Shown one piece after another: positions 17,242 to 25,803 of a stretch of 64,000 nt of DNA. Within the stretch, counting starts at the first letter, position 1. Each line of letters opens with the position of its first letter. Under the pieces are notes generated by a model that did no database searches, was not told the DNA's origin, and was given only the letters and a program-made list of their open reading frames with translations. The stretch is from contig CAVYNH010000005.1 of the NCBI GenBank assembly GCA_963769885.1, positions 64,001 through 128,000 of the forward strand. Reading direction: 5' to 3'. Both the position numbers and the translations under genes were made by a program. The stretch comes from Methanobacteriota archaeon (GTDB lineage: Archaea > Thermoplasmatota > E2 > DHVEG-1).

Positions 17242-18858
17242 TTAGGTGATCTTGACGAAGATCAGGTGTACTTTGCCGGTCGCGGTCTTCGAGGCGGCTT
17301 TGGCCGTGCACTGGACGTTGATGCTGCCCCAGCCGAAGATGAACTTGTCGGTCTTTACTGTGACAGACGCGCTCTTGTTGAGGCTGGGGATGGTCCCGTT
17401 GCTGCTGACGTTGATCTTGTGCAAGATGCCGCCAGTCACGGTGATGCTCCAGTCGAATGGGGTGGTCTGGTCGCCGGTCCCGGTATTCGTGATCTGCATG
17501 GTGACCTTGCCGATGGCGCCGGCGATGGTGCCGATCTCGATGACGGGGACCGCGGGCGTGTAGGCCGTGTTGTAGTAGATGTCAGTGTTGGTGGGGACGC
17601 GGGCGTCGTTCCAGACGGAGTAGATGTAGGTGCCGGAGCCGAAGAGGTCGTGGGCGTTGTTGTCGATGGGGCCGACGGTGTCGTCGGTGTTGATGAGCTG
17701 TTCAGTGCCCCAGTTGGCGCCGTTGTCGAGGCTGACTTTCCCGTAGATCTGGGTGCCCTTGATGTAGGTGCAGACCGCGGCGTTGCCGAGGATGGTGATC
17801 TGTGGGTAGAGCTCATCGTCGCCGGAGTTGGCGACGGTGACGGGGGCGAAGCTGGAGAATCCGTTCGTGGACCGGTAGCAGACGACGTCCTGGTTCCCTG
17901 CCTTGTCTGCGTTCACGACGAGCAGGACGGTGTTGTTGTTCGCGGCGACGTCAGGGTATTTCAAGTTGCCGGTGTCCGTGATCTGCTTGTTGAAGACGTA
18001 TGTGTGCCGACTGTTGACGTCCCAGACGCCGAAGTTGTCCTTACGGAGCAGCAGCTGGTAGTTGCCGCCACTGGGGTTGCGGTCCCAGACGGCGTAGGAC
18101 ATGTTCGTCACCTGGTCGATGTCGTTGGCCGCGTGTACACAGTTCGTTATGCCGGTCAGCCAGGAGATCGTCGCGGCTCCCGCCGAGCTGGTCTCATAGG
18201 TCATCAGGCAGGAGCCGGCGAGGTTGGCACCGCCATAGTTGTTGTAGCCGGAGAGGGCAATCTGGCCGAAGTTCCAGAGGCCGGGGTCTCCCCCTGGGCC
18301 TGTATGGGAGTAGGCCGCCAGGTGGAGGTTCTGGAACTCGCTGAAGTTGTTGTCTGACCATTCCCAGTAGACGCCCTGGGGGTTGGTCGGGTCGGTCGCG
18401 TCGGCGAGGAACACTTGCCCAGAGGTTGTGGGGTCCTGGTTCGGGGTCATGGTGCCCCAGAAGCTTCCCGTCTTGTAGTCGGTGCGGGGGAGGGTGAAGC
18501 CGAAGGTGTCAGGCCAGTAGACCGGCGTGGTCCAGTCGTTGGAGCTGGCGAAGACACAGAAGTAATCACTCGCGTCTGGGACGTAGGTCTGATAGCCGGC
18601 GAAGAAGACGCCTGCGGTGGAGTCCCCAGCCATGCCGGGGTGGGTGTCGTTGTAGTCGCCGCCGCTGATCGCCTCGCCGCCTTTGCCCAGGCACGCCGTG
18701 GAGATGTGCACAGATGGCAAGGAACGGCTTGTGGTCGTGCAGTATCTGGCTTCGATGTTGGAGTCAGAGGTCGTTTGTGCGGTCAAGCTTACACAGCTTG
18801 TAATCATCAGCCCAACAAACACTACAAGTGTTGTCCATTTCACGAGGTTGCGTTTCAT
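17242..18858 (-). CDS. Secreted Asp-box (BNR) beta-propeller protein with C-terminal Ig-like module
   Basis: Signal peptide; YRSTNGFSSF and SLDNGANW Asp-box-like motifs; VW.D.R....DIY; ~100-aa terminal beta-sandwich. Confidence 0.8.
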   Translation of the reverse strand: MKRNLVKWTTLVVFVGLMITSCVSLTAQTTSDSNIEARYCTTTSRSLPSVHISTACLGKGGEAISGGDYNDTHPGMAGDSTAGVFFAGYQTYVPDASDYFCVFASSNDWTTPVYWPDTFGFTLPRTDYKTGSFWGTMTPNQDPTTSGQVFLADATDPTNPQGVYWEWSDNNFSEFQNLHLAAYSHTGPGGDPGLWNFGQIALSGYNNYGGANLAGSCLMTYETSSAGAATISWLTGITNCVHAANDIDQVTNMSYAVWDRNPSGGNYQLLLRKDNFGVWDVNSRHTYVFNKQITDTGNLKYPDVAANNNTVLLVVNADKAGNQDVVCYRSTNGFSSFAPVTVANSGDDELYPQITILGNAAVCTYIKGTQIYGKVSLDNGANWGTEQLINTDDTVGPIDNNAHDLFGSGTYIYSVWNDARVPTNTDIYYNTAYTPAVPVIEIGTIAGAIGKVTMQITNTGTGDQTTPFDWSITVTGGILHKINVSSNGTIPSLNKSASVTVKTDKFIFGWGSINVQCTAKAASKTATGKVHLIFVKIT

Positions 18859-19149
18859 AGGTAGAATATCCCCCTATCTTGTTTCTGGCTGCATTTCCGG
18901 AATAGATTATATAAGTACAAAGATATATTGAAGAGATATTTAAAAGTATCGAAAATAAAATTCATGTCCGCAGATTTTTATACCAAAAACCTACCTAGGT
19001 GGACCACACAGTCTCGTAGAGATTGCTAAAAAGGCTCAGGCACACTTCAGGAAGGAACAACAATTAAATAGGGGCTTCAGTAATATATATTCCGAAAGGA
19101 ACATTGACGTTTGCGTCAACAAGGGGGAAGTGAACGAGAGGTGAAACTC

Positions 19150-21813
19150 ATGAAAACCGCATGGTTAGGAACCATCCTGTTAGCTACCTTGCTCTGCCTG
19201 CCGCCCATCAGCGCGGCGCCCATCACCCGAACGCCAACCGAGGCCACGCCCACCGCACCCAGCACCCCATATCAAGCGACAGCCCCGCTGACGGCCAGCA
19301 TCCACATCGCCAGGCCCGTCGCCGGCTACGCCTACTTCTTTAACCTCAAACCCGTCCACCTCCCACGTCTCACCCAGGGCGCCCTCGTCGTCGGCCGCCA
19401 ACTTGTCATTGATACCGTCACCGACGGCATCGACCACACCAAGTTCGTCGCCACCCGCAAGGTCACCGGCTGGACCACCACCGCCTGGGACTACTCCGAC
19501 CTCGACGGCACCGGCACCAGCCTCGCCGTCACCACCGGCATCTACACCGTCACGGCCATCGGCTACGACGCGGACGACCACGAGATCGCCAGCGACGCCG
19601 TCAAGGTCTTCTACCTCAAGCTCGGCAACAGCGACTTCGGCGTCTGGGCCCACACCAAATACGACAACGGTATGACCATCACCACCCCCCTCAACATCGG
19701 CATCACCGACTTCGGCTCCATGCTCACCACTGGCACCGAGCACACCTACGCCGTCTCCCTGCAAAAACACGCGGACTCCACCCTCCGCCTCCGCTTCTCC
19801 CGCACCACCATCATGAACGACACCCACAACGTCGTCCAAGTCAGCTGCGGCCTGTCCACCACCGCAGACACCACCAAGGCCTACGAGATCTCCCTCGAAG
19901 TCCGCTTCCCCTTCGACACCCTCTCCGGCAACACCAGCCGCACCAAGAACGTCTCCGTCTTCAGCGCCTCCATCGGCTACCGCTCCACCTCCGGCACCAC
20001 CCCAGGCCTCAACAACGTCAACACCACCTTCTACTTCGGCCGCGAGAACCTCTCCGACCCCCGCATCTTCCGCCTCTGCCTCCAGCCTGAGAACGTCGAC
20101 GAACGCTCCAGCGTCACCTACTTCAGCCGCTACCAGACCGTCGACACCGCCGGCCAGGAGCGGTTCTTCCGCGAGTTCTCCGTCGCCTTCACCCCCGCCA
20201 CCGACCTTACCATCACCACGATCCCCCGCGAGGCCAAGGTTTCCTACGACTTCGGCCGCAGCGCCGGCATGCCCACCAGCATCGCCTTCCGCGCCGAAGG
20301 CGGCCTCCTCGACGACATCGTCCAGACCTTCCACGTTGACCCGCTCCCGCAGTACATGAACTTCGACCTCACCATCCTGGGCAGCCGGGAGTTCATCTAC
20401 CAAAGCGACCGCGCCTACAATATCTCCTACGCCCTGGACTCCGACCAGAACGGCAACCTTGTCACCCTCCAGGCCCAAAGCCTGCCCACCAACATCCACG
20501 CCACCTGGGGCGTCGACTTCGGCCTCCTCAGCGGCCACTCCTTCCAAAGCTTCCTCGACATCAACATGAGCGCTGAGATCGCCGGCCTCATCATCACCCA
20601 AGCGAACCTTACCACCCCCCTCGTCAACATCACCCACTTCCCCCGCCACTTCCGCGTCGACAGCCAAATCGACCTCCAAGCCGGCACCGGCAACATCACC
20701 CTCCATCGAAACCAGCCGGAACCCCGCACCGTCGCCCTCACCCTAGCCTATGACCACTTCACCATCTCTAAGTCCTTCATCCTCGCCAACGAATACCTCA
20801 CCCTCGCCTGGCAGCTCGACGTCGACAACGGCACCGGCCACGTCACCATCACCCGCGACAACAACGCAACCCTCCAATACCACACCGAGCTCAACTATCA
20901 GGGCTGGACCTTCGCCCACGACATGACCCTCACCAACCCACACGTCTCCTTCGCCTGGACCGTCGACCGCCTCACCCGCAAGGGCCACCTCGTCTTCACC
21001 CGCGACCCCACGGGCGACGCCCCAACGTTCTCCTCCCGGATCTCCTACATAGGCTGGGCGCTGCAGAACACCCTGCAGCTCAACAACCCCAGCACCGACC
21101 TCTATTGGGACCTCGCTGACGCCTCCGACCACCATGCTGTCATCAACCTCACCACCGGCGGAGGCCTGCTCCTCACCGACACCCTCAGCCTCATCGACAA
21201 CGGCAACACCATCCTTAACGTCAGCATCGGCCTGCAGACCGACAACCACTTCCAGGTCTCCTGGGACAACATCAACGGCACCATCAAGAACTTCCAATGG
21301 TCCGGCCACCTCATCAAGCTGACCAACCTCGCCCTGGCCGTCGACCTCCCCGGCGACCTCCTCACCATTCAGGGCGCCTGGCAGATGGGCAGCGGTGGCA
21401 CCGTCGACCTCACCATCAACAAACCCGTCACCGTCACCTTCGCCGACGTCCAGACCCCCCGATTCCAAATCCTCGGCTACGTGTCCTTCGCCGCCACCCG
21501 GCACCTCACCCTCCGCTGGAGCTTCGGCAGCCTCGGCTACCTGCGCGTCTACACCAACGGCCAGCCCCTCGGCGATGCCGCCGGCTTCAAGATCTTCTAC
21601 AACCCCAGCAACAGCGGCAACTACCAATACGGCTTCAACGCTACCACCACCAGCTTCCTGAATGCGAACTTCAACATCACCTGGAACACCAACCTCCCGC
21701 TCCCACGGGTCTGGTGCGCCGGGACCCTACCCCTCAACTGGCTGCTTAATTGGAACGCGGCCGTCATGCTCAACTCCGTCTGGTACCAATGCGACGGCTG
21801 GATCTACACTTAA
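19150..21813 (+). CDS. Large secreted beta-rich protein of unknown function
   Basis: GAGGTGA SD before ATG 19150; signal peptide; N-terminal Ig-like module; internal ~50-aa repeats (..L.W.+D...G.G.+.+.R..). Confidence 0.85.
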   Translation: MKTAWLGTILLATLLCLPPISAAPITRTPTEATPTAPSTPYQATAPLTASIHIARPVAGYAYFFNLKPVHLPRLTQGALVVGRQLVIDTVTDGIDHTKFVATRKVTGWTTTAWDYSDLDGTGTSLAVTTGIYTVTAIGYDADDHEIASDAVKVFYLKLGNSDFGVWAHTKYDNGMTITTPLNIGITDFGSMLTTGTEHTYAVSLQKHADSTLRLRFSRTTIMNDTHNVVQVSCGLSTTADTTKAYEISLEVRFPFDTLSGNTSRTKNVSVFSASIGYRSTSGTTPGLNNVNTTFYFGRENLSDPRIFRLCLQPENVDERSSVTYFSRYQTVDTAGQERFFREFSVAFTPATDLTITTIPREAKVSYDFGRSAGMPTSIAFRAEGGLLDDIVQTFHVDPLPQYMNFDLTILGSREFIYQSDRAYNISYALDSDQNGNLVTLQAQSLPTNIHATWGVDFGLLSGHSFQSFLDINMSAEIAGLIITQANLTTPLVNITHFPRHFRVDSQIDLQAGTGNITLHRNQPEPRTVALTLAYDHFTISKSFILANEYLTLAWQLDVDNGTGHVTITRDNNATLQYHTELNYQGWTFAHDMTLTNPHVSFAWTVDRLTRKGHLVFTRDPTGDAPTFSSRISYIGWALQNTLQLNNPSTDLYWDLADASDHHAVINLTTGGGLLLTDTLSLIDNGNTILNVSIGLQTDNHFQVSWDNINGTIKNFQWSGHLIKLTNLALAVDLPGDLLTIQGAWQMGSGGTVDLTINKPVTVTFADVQTPRFQILGYVSFAATRHLTLRWSFGSLGYLRVYTNGQPLGDAAGFKIFYNPSNSGNYQYGFNATTTSFLNANFNITWNTNLPLPRVWCAGTLPLNWLLNWNAAVMLNSVWYQCDGWIYT

Positions 21814-21869
21814 AAGAACATTACCAAAGAACACATCCAAACCACAGAAAGAGTAGGAGTACACACGCC

Positions 21870-24843
21870 ATGCGACGACAAATCCTCTCCGGGACCATCC
21901 TCGTCCTCATGCTGACCGGCGGCCTTACCGGCACCCTGGCCGCCCAAGCACACGAACCGGGGATTCTCCACCTACACCTTCCAGGACGAATTCCTCGACA
22001 CCAGCCTTATCGACCCCACCCTCACCACCGGCGTCCAGATCCAAAGCGGCGTCGTCTCCATGCTGTACACCATCCCCGCCTGGGCGACCTACCCCGCCTG
22101 GCAGCGCCTCCGCCCCGTCTACCTCACCAACAACGGCTCCGCCGCCACCAACGCGATCGTCCGCATCGTCGTACCCTACGACGGCACCATGCAGTCCGAC
22201 TTCGACGACCTCCGGTTCACCACCAGCACCGGCGTCCCCCTCCTCTACAACCGCATCATTAAAACCGACGGCGACTCCGCCACCGTCCTCATCAAGATCC
22301 CCAGCCTCCCCCACGGCATGACCCAGATCTACATGTTTTACGCGAACCCCACCGCCACGGACGGCAGCTCCATGCTGCTCACCTGGACCAAGGTCACAGT
22401 CGACGACGTCCGCATCTCCTATGTGGGAGCGACAGAAGGCTGCTGGGGCCCTGCCGTCGCCCACGGCGTCAACCAGTTCCTTGTCACCTGGGCCGAAGGG
22501 CTCCCCCCAGAGACTTCGAGCGACGAGAGCCACCGGCTCATCCACCGCGAAATCCACGGGCGGCTCTACAACGGCCAGGGCGGCAACCCGATCCCCGTCC
22601 CCGGCGTCGGCGGCGACATCGTCATCAGCCCGACCACGGCGGTGCACGCCGAGAACCCTAGCGTCGCCTATAGCCCGCTGACCTCCCGGTATCTTGTCGC
22701 CTGGGAGGAGAACCCCACCCTCGCCCGCTATGCCATCGGCATCCATGCCACCGTTGTGCGGGCCTCCGACCACTTTGTGTACACCCCTGTGACCGTGGAC
22801 GACCCCATTTTTAGCGGCGGGTCGTACTGGCCCTGCCGCAACCCCTGCGTGGCCTTCGACAACCTCAGCGACCGGTTCCTCATCGTCTGGAGCAAATGCG
22901 ACGCGAGCTCCAACATCGACGTCTACGGCCGGCTTCTGGACTCCTACGGCGGCTGGATCGGCGGCGCCTTCGCCATCGCCAGCGGCGTCGGCTACCAGGG
23001 ACAGCCGTTCGTCGCCTCGGACAACGACGGCCATTTCCAAGTCTCCTTCGAGAACGGGACGAGCGGGACCAACGGGCCGCTCAGTGTGCGGTCAATCCTG
23101 TTGAACTCGAACGGCGCGCCAGTCAGCGCCTTCTACACCCTTGAGACGGGTAGTACCTATACAGACTGCATCTATCCCTCCTCAGCGTACAACCCCGCCA
23201 AGCAGCAGTACCTCACGGCCTGGAACACCGGGGACATCAGTGGATTGAACTACGCGGGCCGTATTGACGCCTTCCGGCTCTCCTATTACGGCATCCCGCA
23301 GGCGAGCATGCTGACGGTGAAGTCTAGCACAATCGCCAAGAGGACCAGTGTCGTCCCCTACTTCACCCCCGACTACCTCGTCTCGTATGATTATTTGGCG
23401 AAGGTCTACGGCCGGGTCGTCACCGACGACGGTATCCCCATCGAGACGGAGCTGCAGTTGTGTGACTCGCTCGCTGCGGGGGCGGACAACGCCGTCCTCG
23501 CCGTCAACGGCAGTAACGTCTTCGCGATCTGGGAGGATGAGCGGAACCATTACTACACGGAGGTCTACGGGAGTGTCTGGCATGTGGACCAGACCATGGT
23601 CACGACGCAGATGAGCTTCGGTGCGGAAGCCCCACTACTGTTGGACGCGACGTTGACCTCAGTTCCAATCACGCCGGAGAACTTCGTCCATTGGAAGCAT
23701 TTCGGCGACCGTAGCACGTTAAATAACTGCACGATCAACTTCCGGCTTCTCAACCAGAGCGGCACTCTCGTGCTGAAGTCCTGGATGAACAACGGCGAGG
23801 ACATCAGTCTGATCACCCAGCCTATCGTCCGAGTGCAGGCGCTTTTCCATCGGACCCAGCCGGTCACCAGCCCGGCGGTCGACTACTGGAACGTCACGGC
23901 CCTAGTAGGCGGCGACCTGGAGGCTCCGCACACGTGGGCGAACGTGTCTCCCGCGGTGCCGAACGGGGAGAACGGTTGGTACACGACGCCGATCCAGGTG
24001 ACATTGCAGAGCTTTGACAACGATTCACCGCCGCAGAACGTCAGCACCTACTACCGGCTCAACGGCGGTGCGGTGCAGAATTACACGGGTCCGTTTAACG
24101 TCTCTGAGGAGCAGGCGAACAACAGTGTCGAGTACTGGTCGCGGGACCTGGCGGGCAACGAGGAGCTTCCCCATAAGCTACTCTCAGGTTTGAACATCGA
24201 CGGCACCATGCCTTTTGTGACCATCACCTCTCCCAGCATGGTTATCTTCCTCGGCGAGGCGCAGATTGCGGGTGTGTCGGTGGAGGAGACGTCCGGGTCC
24301 GGGATTGACTTGGTGAGCGTCCTCATTAACGACGAGGAGGTCTATAGCCAGTCGTTTAATCAGACCCGCTGGGCGAATGTCTCGTGGAACTTCACGGCGC
24401 TCACGGGGGATTCCTATGATATCAAGATTCGGGCGTTCGACCATGCCGGGAATATCGGCACAGACCGCCGGTTGGTGAGCGCCTCAGAGTACGGCCTGTA
24501 TCTCCCTGGGTACCTCTACCTGTTCGACTCCCCCAAGATCGGGCCCCTATATCAGCTACAGAAACTAATGATGGCCGTGGTGATCAACTACGACATTTTG
24601 CATGTGGTCCTCCATTCCTTCCCAGCGGACGCGGTGTCCGCGGAGTTCACGGCGACGCGGCAGCTGCTGGCGGGGAACTACTCGTTCTATGATATGAACC
24701 TCAGCGACGGGGCGTCCTATGACATGCCGCTGCCGGTGGGGGTGTACCAGATCAGCGTGACCCTCTACGACGTCCAAGGGAGTCCAGTAAACCAGGAAGT
24801 CCTGATCTATAAGGTATTCGTGCTGCTGCTGAAGACCGCGTAG
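21870..24843 (+). CDS. Large secreted DUF2341/beta-propeller/Ig protein, split by a 1-nt frameshift near 21960
   Basis: Signal peptide MRRQILSGTILVLMLTGGL... starts at 21870 (GGAG SD) in a different frame from ORF 22060..24843. The main ORF has DUF2341-like MQSDFDDLRF...IKIPSLP...MFYANP and an Ig repeat (NG.NGWY...VEYWS.D.AGNEE). Confidence 0.8.
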
Positions 24844-24946
24844 GTTTGGTTGCAGTCTTTTTTCTCTCTTTTTATATATCTTTTTGTATATTCTTCTGTA
24901 TAGCTTAAGGAAAATCATGGGGGTGTCCGCCCCCGACGGTAGAAAA

Positions 24947-25019
24947 CGCCCCGGTCGGGATTCGGACCCGAGTCGCGAACTCGACAGGCTCGCATGATAG
25001 GCCGCTACACTACCGGGGC
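24947..25019 (-). tRNA. tRNA-Asp (GTC)
   Basis: Reverse complement GCCCCGGTAGTGTAGCGGCCTATCATGCGAGCCTGTCGAGTTCGCGACTCGGGTCCGAATCCCGACCGGGGCG; anticodon loop CTGTCGA; G discriminator; T-loop reads TCCGAAT. Confidence 0.95.
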
Positions 25020-25101
25020 AGCGGGGGGATAATCACTTCGGTTTCTTTAACCTTTTGGACTCCCCCAACAGTAGAAAAAACCCGATATTCAGCGGACTGC
25101 T

Positions 25102-25791
25102 TTACTCGATGGTGTCGGGGATCTCGCGAATCTCGCTAAAGAAGAGGTAACCGTCGATTTGCTGGCGGTAGTCGTCGTAGCCCTGCTGCTCCTGGCTGAT
25201 GATATCCTCCAGGCCGGTGAGGTTCTCGAGCAACTCGGCGACGGCCGTGCCATTGCCCAAGGAAAGGTTCTCAGCCGCCTGGCGCAGCAGCGCGGTCGCA
25301 TTGTACCGCAGCAAGGAAATGTTGCGGCCGGCGTTCGCAAAGCCGATATAGTAGCCGATGACTTCCAAATACTTCGAGGTGTTCGTCATCCCGCGGGCGG
25401 TGATGAAGTAGGGGACCGATGCGTTGAAGTTCTGGGCCGCCGTAAGGTACTGGCCTGCGGCCTCCGAGCAGTTCTCCAGGCTCTGGGGAATCAGCGAGAG
25501 GTTCTCCGTGTTCAAGGCCAGATTGAACCAGAACAAGGCGAAGTCGAAATGATAGTTCGCGATTTCCCGGGTCTCGCGAGCCGCATCTAACTTGATCGAG
25601 CCCTGGAGCATATGGTTGGTGAAGTTCTCGTTGCGGCTATTCAGGCCGACGATCTCGTTGAAATGCTGCGTATTGAGGATGTCGATTTGAGAGCGATTCA
25701 CGATGTCGGCCGCGAAAAAGGTGATAATGACGGCACCGACCATGATGGCTACCAGCATGATAAACATGTTCCTAGTGAATTCACGGGCCAT
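25102..25791 (-). CDS. Membrane-anchored alpha-helical protein, last gene of pilus-associated operon
   Basis: N-terminal TM segment (MFIMLVAIMVGAVIITFFAA), helical ectodomain with several N-x-S/T sequons; GAGGT SD, 12 bp after the upstream gene. Confidence 0.8.
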   Translation of the reverse strand: MAREFTRNMFIMLVAIMVGAVIITFFAADIVNRSQIDILNTQHFNEIVGLNSRNENFTNHMLQGSIKLDAARETREIANYHFDFALFWFNLALNTENLSLIPQSLENCSEAAGQYLTAAQNFNASVPYFITARGMTNTSKYLEVIGYYIGFANAGRNISLLRYNATALLRQAAENLSLGNGTAVAELLENLTGLEDIISQEQQGYDDYRQQIDGYLFFSEIREIPDTIE

Positions 25792-25803
25792 TGGACTCAG
25801 ACC

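Noticed and set aside
19180-20706. Many long antisense or alternate-frame ORFs (e.g. 19180-20706, 28376-29782, 31888-33693, 49140-50789, 46593-47849)
   Set aside because: They are shadows of real genes. Extreme C-ending codon usage removes stops from the opposite strand and yields V/G/D/E-rich or P/S/T-rich translations with no motifs.
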